Assembly: GCA_040954595.2 (NCBI GenBank)
Contig: CM082576.2
Coordinates: 15,237,028-15,301,027, forward strand
Direction: 5' to 3'
Source of the DNA: Balanoglossus misakiensis
Taxonomy: Eukaryota; Animalia; Hemichordata
Length of the DNA: 64,000 nucleotides
Numbering within the stretch: position 1 is the first letter of the stretch; each line of letters begins with the position of its first letter. Below, piece after piece: positions 1 through 11,593 of this stretch. A program made the position numbers and the translations under genes. A model generated the notes under the pieces. It ran no database searches, was not told the origin of the DNA, and worked only from the letters and a program-made list of their open reading frames with translations.

Positions 1-3000
1 CAATGTCAAGGAGCTGAGGCAGCTCATTCTAAAGGCTGTCAAATTAAAAGTTGAATCATTTTTGTCAATTAACATTAAGTTAGGTTGAAGGACCAGGCTG
101 GAAAGGAGGCAGTGGCCTCAAGTCGTAAAAAGGGTTTGTAGTGTTCTTATTTGGTGAAAGAAATCATGTGAACATTTCAAATATATTGTTACTCGTGGGC
201 ATGTCACCAAAACATACTGTTATTAAATGCAAAGTCCACCAGCCTGAATAGAGCAGGAACAACACTTAAATATATATTAATCTTTGTGAGACATGTCAGA
301 TAAATATATCATTTTCCATATCATTAGATAAAACGTTTGGCCATTGCCAACCAACTATCAGTGGTTGTCATGTTCCTGAATGGCAATAAAGTTATATAAT
401 CTTTGTGAGACACAACGTCATATCATTATATCATTTTCCATATCATTAGATCAAGCGTTGGTTGGCAATCACCAACCAACCATCAGTGGTCGTCATGTTC
501 CTAAATGGCAAAAAGATTCAGTGGTCCGGTAAGTAACTCGCTTATTACATGTTATGATTTTATTTGAAAAAAGAAAATTGTCTCGTACAGACACTATTTC
601 TCCACCCAATTATTTTATGAATGTGCTTTATGGCATATTTATTTTCTAGCCTTAGAAGCACGCTTTTTAACAACTACAGTTTAAAATTGTTTAACATTTT
701 TCAAATGCAGGTGCCGAGCATATGAAAGCTTTTGCCACAAACAAGAATGCGGTGAAGGCCTTCAGGAAAACAGCCTTGAGGCAGCTCATACCAAAGGCCG
801 TCACTCCAACAGGTAAGTTACATTAAAAGAGTTTTGTCCCAGCAGAGACAGTGAAGAATGCACTGTCAAAGAGCTGAGGCAGCTCATTCCAGAGGCCGTC
901 ACTCCAACAGGTAAGTTACATTAAAAGAGTTTTGTCCCAGCAGAGACAGTGAAGAATACACTGTCAAAGAGCTGAGGCAGCTCATTCCAGAGGCCGTCAC
1001 TCCAACAGGTAAGTTACATTAAAAGAGTTTTGTCCCAGCAGAGACAGTAAAGAATACACTGTCAAAGAGCTGAGGCAGCTCATTCCAAAGGTGGTGAATC
1101 CAACAGGTAAGTTACATTAAAAGAGTTTTGTCCCAGCAGAGACAGTGAAGAATACACTGTCAAAGAGCTGAGGCAGCTCAATCCAAAGGTGGTGAATCCA
1201 ACAGGTAAGTTACATTAAAAGAGTTTTGTCCCAGCAGAGACAGTGAAGAATACACTGTCAAAGAGCTGAGGCAGCTCATTCCAAAGGCCGTCACTCCAAC
1301 AGGTAAGTTACATTAAAAGAGTTTTGTCCCAGCAGAGACAGTGAAGAATACACTGTCAAAGAGCTGAGGCAGCTCATTCCAAAGGTGGTGAATCCAACAG
1401 GTAAGTTACATTAAAAGAGTTTTGTCCCAGCAGAGACAGTGAAGAATACACTGTCAAAGAGCTGAGGCAGCTCATTCCAAAGGTGGTGAATCCAACAGGT
1501 AAGTTACATTAAAAGAGTTTTGTCCCAGCAGAGACAGTGAAGAATACACTGTCAAAGAGCTGAGGCAGCTCATTCCAAAGGTGGTGAATCCAACAGGTAA
1601 GTTACATTAAAAGAGTTTTGTCCCAGCAGAGACAGTGAAGAATACACTGTCAAAGAGCTGAGGCAGCTCATTCCAAAGGTGGTGAATCCAACAGGTAAGT
1701 TACATTAAAAGAGTTTTGTCCCAGCAGAGACAGTGAAGAATACACTGTCAAAGAGCTGAGGCAGCTCATTCCAAAGGTGGTGAATCCAACAGGTAAGTTA
1801 CATTAAAAGAGTTTTGTCCCAGCAGAGACAGTGAAGAATACACTGTCAAAGAGCTGAGGCAGCTCATTCCAAAGGTGGTGAATCCAACAGGTAAGTTACA
1901 TTAAAAGAGTTTTGTCCCAGCAGAGACAGTGAAGAATACACTGTCAAAGAGCTGAGGCAGCTCATTCCAGAGGCCGTCACTCCAACAGGTAAGTTACATT
2001 AAAAGAGTTTTGTCCCAGCAGAGACAGTGAAGAATACACTGTCAAAGAGCTGAGGCAGCTCATTCCAGAGGCCGTCACTCCAACAGGTAAGTTACATTAA
2101 AAGAGTTTTGTCCCAGCAGAGACAGTGAAGAATACACTGTCAAGGATCTGAGGCAGCTCATTCCAAAGGTGGTGAATCCAACAGGTAAGTTACATTAAAA
2201 GTTGAATGATTTTTGTCAATATTTATGTAGGCTCGATACTGAATGATGTTATGATCTTTATTTTTCAAACACTTTTATCCCAGCCGAGACAGTGAAGAAT
2301 ACACTACACTGTCAAGGAGCTGAGGCAGCTCATTCTAAAGGCTGTCAAATTAAAAGTTGAATCATTTTTGTCAATTAACATTAAGTTAGGTTGAAGGACC
2401 AGGCTGGAAAGGAGGCAGTGGCCTCAAGTCGTAAAAAGGGTTTGTAGTGTTCTTATTTGGTGAAAGAAATCATGTGAACATTTCAAATATATTGTTACTC
2501 GTGGGCATGTCACCAAAACATACTGTTATTAAATGCAAAGTCCACCAGCCTGAATAGAGCAGGAACAACACTTAAATATATATTAATCTTTGTGAGACAT
2601 GTCAGATAAATATATCATTTTCCATATCATTAGATAAAACGTTTGGCCATTGCCAACCAACTATCAGTGGTTGTCATGTTCCTGAATGGCAATAAAGTTA
2701 TATAATCTTTGTGAGACACAACGTCATATCATTATATCATTTTCCATATCATTAGATCAAGCGTTGGTTGGCAATCACCAACCAACCATCAGTGGTCGTC
2801 ATGTTCCTAAATGGCAAAAAGATTCAGTGGTCCGGTAAGTAACTCGCTTATTACATGTTATGATTTTATTTGAAAAAAGAAAATTGTCTCGTACAGACAC
2901 TATTTCTCCACCCAATTATTTTATGAATGTGCTTTATGGCATATTTATTTTCTAGCCTTAGAAGCACGCTTTTTAACAACTACAGTTTAAAATTGTTTAA

Positions 3001-4400
3001 CATTTTTCAAATGCAGGTGCCGAGCATATGAAAGCTTTTGCCACAAACAAGAATGCGGTGAAGGCCTTCAGGAAAACAGCCTTGAGGCAGCTCATACCAA
3101 AGGCCGTCACTCCAACAGGTAAGTTACATTAAAAGAGTTTTGTCCCAGCAGAGACAGTGAAGAATGCACTGTCAAAGAGCTGAGGCAGCTCATTCCAGAG
3201 GCCGTCACTCCAACAGGTAAGTTACATTAAAAGAGTTTTGTCCCAGCAGAGACAGTGAAGAATACACTGTCAAAGAGCTGAGGCAGCTCATTCCAGAGGC
3301 CGTCACTCCAACAGGTAAGTTACATTAAAAGAGTTTTGTCCCAGCAGAGACAGTAAAGAATACACTGTCAAAGAGCTGAGGCAGCTCATTCCAAAGGTGG
3401 TGAATCCAACAGGTAAGTTACATTAAAAGAGTTTTGTCCCAGCAGAGACAGTGAAGAATACACTGTCAAAGAGCTGAGGCAGCTCATTCCAAAGGTGGTG
3501 AATCCAACAGGTAAGTTACATTAAAAGAGTTTTGTCCCAGCAGAGACAGTGAAGAATACACTGTCAAAGAGCTGAGGCAGCTCATTCCAAAGGTGGTGAA
3601 TCCAACAGGTAAGTTACATTAAAAGAGTTTTGTCCCAGCAGAGACAGTGAAGAATACACTGTCAAAGAGCTGAGGCAGCTCATTCCAAAGGTGGTGAATC
3701 CAACAGGTAAGTTACATTAAAAGAGTTTTGTCCCAGCAGAGACAGTGAAGAATACACTGTCAAAGAGCTGAGGCAGCTCATTCCAAAGGTGGTGAATCCA
3801 ACAGGTAAGTTACATTAAAAGAGTTTTGTCCCAGCAGAGACAGTGAAGAATACACTGTCAAAGAGCTGAGGCAGCTCATTCCAAAGGTGGTGAATCCAAC
3901 AGGTAAGTTACATTAAAAGAGTTTTGTCCCAGCAGAGACAGTGAAGAATACACTGTCAAAGAGCTGAGGCAGCTCATTCCAAAGGTGGTGAATCCAACAG
4001 GTAAGTTACATTAAAAGAGTTTTGTCCCAGCAGAGACAGTGAAGAATACACTGTCAAAGAGCTGAGGCAGCTCATTCCAAAGGCCGTCACTCCAACAGGT
4101 AAGTTACATAAAAAGTTGAATGATTTTTGTCAATTTATAGGTAGGCTCTGAAATTGTTTAACAATATTTTTCAAATGCAGGTGCCAGGCACATGAAAGCT
4201 TTTGCCACAAACAAGAATGCGGTGAAGGCCTTCAGGAAAACGGCTTTGAAAAAAAAAAAATCATAACATCATTCAGCATCGAGGCAAAAGGCACAATATT
4301 TTCAATATTTAGAGAACAAGAGTTTTGTCCCAGCAGAGACAGTCAAGGAGCTGAGGCAGCTCATTCCAAAGGCCATTACTCCAACAGGTAAGTTACAAAG
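1..4400 (+). repeat. Higher-order tandem repeat (period 2306 bp) containing arrays of a 98-bp satellite
   Basis: Sequence from position 4 recurs almost exactly from 2310. The 98-bp unit (GTAAGTTACATTAAAAGAGTTTTGTCCCAGCAGAGACAGTGAAGAATACACTGTCAAAGAGCTGAGGCAGCTCATTCCAAAGGTGGTGAATCCAACAG) occurs 14 times at 813-2184 and 10 times at 3119-4098, with two end variants (GGCCGTCACT / GGTGGTGAAT). Degenerate copies continue at about 9200-10200. Confidence 0.95.
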
Positions 4401-4737
4401 GGAGATTGTAACGCATCATTTGTCCAGGAACATGTTATTGCTTTATTATTATTTATGGCATGCATTCTCAATCATGTATCAGGTCAAGAAAATCTAAAGA
4501 AGGGGGAACTGAAAACCGCCAAGAATACCATTCATATCAACAAGAATCAACACTAAAGAAAAACCACTTGAATGCAAATATGTGTTCATTTTAGGACAAT
4601 TTACATAATTACTTGAGCATTGAAACGTGCACATGTTCCGAGTCATCAACTAGAAGTCTAAATGGATAACAGAAAAGTAATTATCTTGTATAAAATGTAT
4701 AGTTTTAATGTTTATAAGAATCTTGTATAAAATGTAT

Positions 4738-4742
<5 letters not shown>

Positions 4743-4790
<48 letters not shown>

Positions 4791-7700
4791 TGTCGAGATT
4801 GACTAATTTTAGACAGAGCAAGAAGTATACATGTCAATTAATGTAAATAAATATCTAACTTAAGGACGGTAGCATTCATTTTCCTGTCTAATTTTTAGTT
4901 CAACCATAAAAAGGTCAAAGATATTTATTTTACTGAGGTTTTCTGTTTCCTTGTACATTATCCATGATTTGTAGATTGTAAACATAGCTATGATTAATAA
5001 GAGGTTGACATATTTGTCATGCTGTTCAAAGCCACACAATAGATTTCTCATACAGATTTCTACATGGCAGTTTTGTGTGTTTAACAGAAAGTCATGAAAT
5101 TCTTTCCAAAACAGAGTTACTCTATCGCACGTAATAAACATATGGAAGATATCATTTGTTACATTACAAATGTTACAGTTTTTTGTTCTAGCTAATTTCC
5201 ATTTATACAGATTTGCATCATTTGGAAGAATATCATACATAAATTTATACATAAAATTTGACAATTTTCTTTCTGGAGTTAACTGTATAATACGATAATA
5301 CCATAGATGAGACCAATTCAGCTCAGGTCCCAAATTAAGGACTCTGTTCCACATGTTAGGAATCCATGGTCTTTTAAATTTCTTATGGACAAAAGTCCAG
5401 TAAAATTCATTAGTAGTAACACACAAAGCGGACTTGTACAGACATTTGTGATTTAAAAAAACAGTAGGTGTCGGCAAAGTAGTAGTGGTCAAATTAAATA
5501 TCATATTCGACTGTCTCACCAGTTCACACCAATGCCTTGGAACTGCGTTGTACAACATAAATAACTCTGAAACCAGATTATGCTTATAACGTAGGTTACT
5601 CGAAATCCAATCAGACCGAAACGTTCCATCTGAATCTACAATGTCGTCAAGGAATAAAATACCCGCTTTAATCCAGTGCTTAAAGTACAGAGTCTTGCCT
5701 TTAAAGCGTATATGCTTGTTACACCAGATAACTTGCTTCATAACATCTTTGGCGTCATTAGGTACAATGTACCCACCGCCAGCTTCATGCCATGCAAGTA
5801 TACATTGTTTGTAAAAAAATGGCAACCCTTCTAAATCAGGACAGTGTATGGGGTCCTCAAAATTCATATGAAAAATAACCTTATCCAGATTCAGTCTATG
5901 TAAATAAAATAACGGAATACATTTCCATGATGGTACACAGTTATTCCCTTCATTTGTCAAAAGCCGCGTTACCCAGGATGAAAGAAATGACTTGTATTGG
6001 GAAAAAATATCAAGCATTTTCAAACCACCTTGATTATAGTCACCTATGATGGTGTCACGCTTTATCTTGTCAGTTTTGGAACTCCATAAAAAGTTGAAAA
6101 AAAGTTTTTCCAAGCGTTTTAAGAATGTACACGGAACATTACAAGTGTTTAGAAGATACACAATTTTCGCTACAGCAAGAGATTTTATAACAGTGATTTT
6201 ACCAAAAAAAGTCAGTCTCCTGAGAGACCACTGAGTTAGTAAACTTTCAATGGACAAACACTTATTATTTAAGATAGCATCGATACCAGTTGCTGGGTCA
6301 TTTGAAAAGAAAGTACCAAGAGATTTAATTGGCTGACTTGGCCACTTAATACCGGCATACACTTCCGGTTTATTTTTCCAGGAACCTACCCATAACCCTT
6401 TCGTTTTGTTGAGATTTAGGGAAGGACCTGCAACAGAACTGAAACTTTTTATGACATCCAAAGCCTTTTGAATAGACTGCTCCTCAGTAACAAAAATAGT
6501 GGTATCGTCAGCGACCTGAGAAATACGTATTTCCTTTGACAAGTCTCTCGAATAATTTATATTAAACCCCTTTATGCCACTATCAGATCTTATTTTGGTG
6601 GCTAATATTTCTACAATTAGTAAAAAGAGCAAAGCTGAGATTGGGCATCCTTGTCTTATACCTCTCTCAAGCAGCAACGGCTGCGAGACCCACCCGTGGT
6701 TTAACACACTAGCTTGGCAATCAGAATACAAAGTTTTTATAAAGCTAATAAAGTTAGCACCAAAATTGAACTTCTCAAGAGTTTTGAACATAAAGTTCCA
6801 CTCAACCGTGTCAAATGCTTTGCGAAAGTCAAGAAATAGGAGAGCACCTGGCGTATTTTCATAGTTTGCATAATCAATAATGTCGTAGATGAGTCTAACA
6901 TTATTCCCAATGAAACGCTTTTTCAAATAGGCCGTTTGATCGTGGTTAATTATCCTGCCAAGAACAGGTTGTAGCCTAGAGGAGAGAACAAAGGCGATAA
7001 TTTTGTAATCGGTATTCAGAAGACTTATCGGTCTCCAGTTTTCTAACACATTTCTCTCATCTTTTTTATGGATAAGACGAAGGTGCGCATGTCTAAGCGT
7101 GTATGTTAATTTACCATAGCGCAGACATTTGGAGACAGCTCCATACACTGTGGGACCAATACAATGCCAAAATTCTTTGTAAAATTCAGCAGGAAGCCCG
7201 TCGCTACCAGGAGCTTTGTTATTTTTTAGCTTCGTAACTACCTTTGAGCACTCGTCAAAGGAGATGTCTTTATCCAATTGGCTCTTCTCATGGCCACTAA
7301 CACTATTTTCCAGGTGCACATTATTTAAATACTCATTTATGGTATTGACTGAAATGTTATTGGAGGTGTACAGCTGTTGGTAAAAGCGACACGTACCACT
7401 TAGAATGTCATCGGGATTGTGTAATATATTCTCATCTATTTTTAGTTTAGTTATATCATTTCTGATGCTACGTTTTTTTTCCAAGTTCAAGAAATATTTT
7501 GTTGGCTTGTCACTTTCAAAATACCACTGAGCTCTGGCTCTTACCTTTGCCCCTTTTACTTGATCAGCATAAAGTTGTTCAAGCTCACGCTTAACTTTTT
7601 CGTACTCGTTCAAAATATTTGAGTCTAAAGTGGCGTCAATTTTCCTGTCCAGCTCAACAAGTTTTCCTTCTAAAACAGGTAGTCTTTCCCGTTTTTCCCT

Positions 7701-8610
7701 CATACGCGACTTAGAAAATTCTATTGAAAAATCTCTGATCCGTGCTTTACAAAGTTCCCATGTTAAATCAATGGGGCAGTCAGAACACTCTTTTTTAGTC
7801 TTTTCAATTAATTCAATAACACCAGCTTTATACTTTTCGACTCTAAGTAGATCGACATTTAACTTCCAAACACCTGGGCCTCTAGAGAAGCCAGAAACAG
7901 TGACGGAAAGAACAACAGCTCTATGGTCAGACAAAATGGCAGGAATAATTTTGCAAAATTTGACAGAACCAGAATTTTCTAGTGGCAGAAAAAAATAATC
8001 AAGTCTCGAGAGAACAAGTGGTGTTTTTTGGCGGAACGTGAATTCCCTGGTATCAGGGTTTTTGAGTCGCCAGACATCAAAAACTTTTAGAAAAGAACAA
8101 AAATGTTTAAGAGCTAGAGAGGAGTTAACTAAATAATTTATATTACCACCTCTTTTATCATTATGGCTGTCAGCAACACAATTAAAATCGCCAGCGATAA
8201 CCGGATTACGCATTTCGTGTGAAATAATCCATTTAGATGTGTTACGGAAAAAACAATTTCTCTCCTTTGGTTTATTAGGAGCATAGATATTTATGAAAGT
8301 AAAAGATGTTTCAAAGATTTTGCAGTTAACAAGCAGTTTTCTGCCATCTAAATCAGAGTCTGAGGAAATGACACTGACATCGAGGTTTGGTTGAAACAAC
8401 AAAGAAACCCCTCTACTATTGGATGTACCAAAGCTGTGAAAAACCTGACCTTTCCAGGCATGATGAAAGTCTGCTGCAATATCTTCAGTGATGTGAGTTT
8501 CTTGTAGGAAGATCACCTGCACCCGTTGTTTCAGTAGCCATTGAATCATCGATGCCCTTTTAGAAGCGTCGCGAAGACCTCTGACATTTAATGTTATACA
8601 CTTTAGCTCG
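4743..8610 (-). mobile_element. 5'-truncated L1/Tx1-clade non-LTR retrotransposon with poly(A) tail and 13-bp TSD
   Basis: Poly-T at 4743-4788 directly followed by ATT (AATAAA running into poly(A) on the minus strand). TSD ATGTATAGTTCTT at 4732-4744 and 8611-8623. Contains an uninterrupted ORF2. Confidence 0.93.
4860..8609 (-). CDS. LINE ORF2: APE endonuclease, reverse transcriptase and C-terminal CCHC zinc knuckle (native start codon lost)
   Basis: Endonuclease motifs LNVRGL, FLQETH, NIYAPN, GDFN, SRLDY, SDH. RT motifs KAPGSDG, WRPISLLNTDYK, LDFRKAFD, GIRQGCPIS, QVADD. Knuckle CNIC..HMFITC. The ORF track's first ~39 aa lie outside the TSD and are flanking DNA. Confidence 0.92.
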   Translation of the reverse strand, partial: ELKCITLNVRGLRDASKRASMIQWLLKQRVQVIFLQETHITEDIAADFHHAWKGQVFHSFGTSNSRGVSLLFQPNLDVSVISSDSDLDGRKLLVNCKIFETSFTFINIYAPNKPKERNCFFRNTSKWIISHEMRNPVIAGDFNCVADSHNDKRGGNINYLVNSSLALKHFCSFLKVFDVWRLKNPDTREFTFRQKTPLVLSRLDYFFLPLENSGSVKFCKIIPAILSDHRAVVLSVTVSGFSRGPGVWKLNVDLLRVEKYKAGVIELIEKTKKECSDCPIDLTWELCKARIRDFSIEFSKSRMREKRERLPVLEGKLVELDRKIDATLDSNILNEYEKVKRELEQLYADQVKGAKVRARAQWYFESDKPTKYFLNLEKKRSIRNDITKLKIDENILHNPDDILSGTCRFYQQLYTSNNISVNTINEYLNNVHLENSVSGHEKSQLDKDISFDECSKVVTKLKNNKAPGSDGLPAEFYKEFWHCIGPTVYGAVSKCLRYGKLTYTLRHAHLRLIHKKDERNVLENWRPISLLNTDYKIIAFVLSSRLQPVLGRIINHDQTAYLKKRFIGNNVRLIYDIIDYANYENTPGALLFLDFRKAFDTVEWNFMFKTLEKFNFGANFISFIKTLYSDCQASVLNHGWVSQPLLLERGIRQGCPISALLFLLIVEILATKIRSDSGIKGFNINYSRDLSKEIRISQVADDTTIFVTEEQSIQKALDVIKSFSSVAGPSLNLNKTKGLWVGSWKNKPEVYAGIKWPSQPIKSLGTFFSNDPATGIDAILNNKCLSIESLLTQWSLRRLTFFGKITVIKSLAVAKIVYLLNTCNVPCTFLKRLEKLFFNFLWSSKTDKIKRDTIIGDYNQGGLKMLDIFSQYKSFLSSWVTRLLTNEGNNCVPSWKCIPLFYLHRLNLDKVIFHMNFEDPIHCPDLEGLPFFYKQCILAWHEAGGGYIVPNDAKDVMKQVIWCNKHIRFKGKTLYFKHWIKAGILFLDDIVDSDGTFRSDWISSNLRYKHNLVSELFMLYNAVPRHWCELVRQSNMIFNLTTTTLPTPTVFLNHKCLYKSALCVTTNEFYWTFVHKKFKRPWIPNMWNRVLNLGPELNWSHLWYYRIIQLTPERKLSNFMYKFMYDILPNDANLYKWKLARTKNCNICNVTNDIFHMFITCDRVTLFWKEFHDFLLNTQNCHVEICMRNLLCGFEQHDKYVNLLLIIAMFTIYKSWIMYKETENLSKINIFDLFMVELKIRQENECYRP

Positions 8611-10378
8611 ATGTATAGTTCTTGCTTGATTTGGGTCACCCTCCCCAGTAGAAATTGCGAAAAATTGCAACATTGTAGTACGCATATATGAACCGCAAGC
8701 GCACTGTGTAGATTGCAGATGCTCAATTTACCTTGCTAACTTGGCTGTCACTGTAGTTTGGTTAATTCTGTCATTTAAAAAAAACACAATTGTCATCACT
8801 AAAATTAGCGACCCACCACTGGCACTTTTCTTGGCCTCTAAAATTATCTAGAAAAACTGGTTCATGGCAGGTGAAGAAAATCTCAGAATGGGGGAATTGC
8901 AAAGAATTCTGAAAGCTTTTTTTGCTTGAGAATATTTGGGTGTTATTACACGAAGTTTGGTCGATAACGCATCATTTGTCCAGGAACATGTTGCTTTATT
9001 GTTATTTATATTGCTTTATTGTTATTTATTTATGACATGCTTTCTCAATCATGTATCAGGTGATGATGATATGGACAATAACAACAGCCCCGTTACCAAC
9101 ACGACCACCATCACTATCATCAGCACCACCACCAAATCTTCCAATTTTGGAAGTGGCACACTACCACTACCACCAGCATCCCCACGACCACAACCACCAA
9201 CATCCTCATGACAGCTAAGGCAGCTTCATTCCAAAGGTGGTGGAGCCAACAGGTAAGTTACTTTTTTAGTTCCTATTTTAGTTCAGAGTACTTGCCACCT
9301 ATTTTTGGAAAGATTATGTTTTATGACATTAAAAGTTGAATGATTATTTTCAATATTTAGAGCAAAATGAGGCTTCGACAGAGGCAGTGGCCTCAGGTCG
9401 TAAAAAAGATTTGAAGTGTAACATTTCAAATATATTGTTACTCATGTGCATGTCACCAAAACATTCTGTGTATTGAATGAAAAAAGTTCACCAGCCTAAA
9501 TATACATGTAAGCAAGAAAGACATAGATATACAATAATCTTTGTGAGACATACATTGTAATGATATATCATGTTCCATATCATTAGGTCAAGCGTTGGTT
9601 GGCCATCGCCAACCAACCATCTGTGGTCGTCATGTTCCTAAATGGCAACAAGATTCAGCTCATTACAAAGGCCGTCACTCCAACAAGTAAGTTACATTAA
9701 AATTTGAATGATTTTTGTCAATATTTAGGTAGGCTCTGAAATTGTTTAACAATATTTTTCAAATGCAGGTGCCGGGCATATGAAAGCTTTCGCCAAGAAT
9801 GTGGTGAAGGCCTTCAGGAAAAACGGCTTTGAAAAAAAAAAGATCATAACATCAATCAGCATCAAGTAGCAAGGCAATATATTTTCAATATTTAGGGACG
9901 AAGAGTTTTGTCCCAGCAGAGACAGTGAAGAATACACTGTCAAAGAGCTGAGGCAGCTCATTCCAAAGGCCATCACCCTAACAGGAAAGTTACACTAAAA
10001 GTTGAATGATTTATGTCAATATTTAGGTAGGCTCTGAAATTGTTTAACAATATTTTTCAAATGCAGGTGCCGGGCATATAAAAGCTTTCGCCAAGAATGT
10101 GGTGAAGGCCTTCAGGAAAACGGCTTTGAAAAAAAAAAGATCATAACAATCAGCATCGAGTCGCAAGGCTCAATATTTAGGTAGGTTCAAGGACCAGGCT
10201 GGAAAGGAGGCAAGTTTTGAACAAAATCCTCTGAAGTAAATCCTCTGAAGTAATAGTAACAGTCAAAAGAACATGTACACAGAAAGTTCAAAACTCACAT
10301 CATACTCAACACATGTTCACTCCGATTTCGCCAAACATAACATCAATACCTGAATTTCATTCTATTCTTTTAAGAAAG

Positions 10379-10583
10379 GCATCTCTCCAGAGGTGCAAAC
10401 ATTCAACAGAGGCAGAAAAAGAGACATCACTCTGCTGGTAAAAACAACATAAAGATGAACCTATGGGGGACAAAATGTGATCTAGACATAAAACCTGGCA
10501 CAACAGTGAAAATTGGGCCAGTAACGGTTGACAAATTCCCCGAACAAACCCAACTGAACAGTACCGTGTCCACTGAAGTACAG
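10379..10583 (+). pseudogene. Degenerate OB-fold (RPA/SSB-like) exon
   Basis: Manual translation gives ISPEVQTFNRGRKRDITL/(frameshift)/GKNNIKMNLWGTKCDLDIKPGTTVKIGPVTVDKFPEQTQLNSTVSTEVQ, ending at CAG|GTGAGT. It resembles the OB-fold pattern I-x-L-T-L-W-G...PG-x-x-V-x-I...V-x-x-F...LNST. Recognised by eye. Confidence 0.55.
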
Positions 10584-10649
10584 GTGAGTTGATAAACACT
10601 GCAAACACCAAAACCATAATACCACTTCAAGTCACCCTTCCCAAACATT

Positions 10650-11593
10650 ATGTCGGTTTCCAAACCAGCCACCACCATCTTTGTACACTATGAAATTACA
10701 GGACACCAACTGAGGGAGACACTTGTGTTTATGCTCAATACTTCTGAAATAATTTAATCGTACAAAGTTACTAAAAAATCAAATCACATGGGGCACATTA
10801 GCCCTTGCAAATAAACGACAACTTGATACCTGGAGATCTATCTCGTTTATGTCACTTGGAAAAGCAATTGATAAGTAAAATTATACCGTTTATGAAAGTT
10901 GTTGCTTTACCAATAGGTGGTCAACATGGCCTTCGTGGGACAAGTCGTGCTTGTCCCATCAAATACACAACATAGTGCCAATACACACACCAATGCTATA
11001 TTATTTTCTTTCTTTTAATTACAGCAAACTTCATGAAGACAAAATTTAGGAAGCCGAGATATTTTCTGACTATACTGCCGATGCATTTACCCCCAGAGAG
11101 GTTTGCCAAATGGAACTGTTGATCATGAAATTATTAGATTTCAAACTATCAACCTTCCTTGGGTACCAGTATCTGTGGGACACATATCCACAAGTCAGAG
11201 AAGAAACCAAGCAAGTTGCAAAGGTGAGAAATTTGGACTGAAAACATTAATTAAAGTCAGATGTGACAATATATGAAAAAACATTGATACATCACTTTAT
11301 GTATAAATGTTAGGCAAAACAAAACTTTTATAGGGCATTAACATTATATCTTTGAACATAATAACAAATATTTTGGGTATTTAAACATTTAAACACTGCA
11401 TTCTAAATGTTTATGTTAAAAATATATGTGTCATGATTGCCATATTTCTTTATTACAGGATGTTTGTTTCCTTGCTGGGGCAGAAAGCATGAGTAAAGAA
11501 CAGTGCAGAAAACTTCACAGGGACCTCATAACTATAGAACTCAATGCAAGAGGTTTAGGCGAAAGAGCCATTCCATCACAGCACGCTCAGTAA
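10650..11593 (+). pseudogene. Cyclin-box-like pseudogene, 3 exons (10650-10916, 11025-11223, 11459-11593)
   Basis: Translation EITGHQLRETLVFML...TWGTLALANK...YESCCFTNS|KLHEDKI*EAEIFSDYTADAFTPREVCQMELLIMKLLDFKLST follows the cyclin N-box (EITxxMRxxLVxWL, TLxLA, ASKxEE, TDxxYTxxExxxMExxILxxLxFxL). Introns are GT-AG. It has in-frame stops (e.g. TAG 11047-11049) and one frameshift. Confidence 0.7.

Noticed and set aside
813-4098. CRISPR-like appearance of the regularly spaced hairpin repeats
   Set aside because: Units are contiguous and near-identical with no unique spacers. There are no cas genes and the context is eukaryotic.
8611-8726. N-terminal 39 aa of the 1288-aa ORF
   Set aside because: It lies outside the TSD-defined element and starts at a non-ATG codon, so it is chance read-through of flanking DNA.
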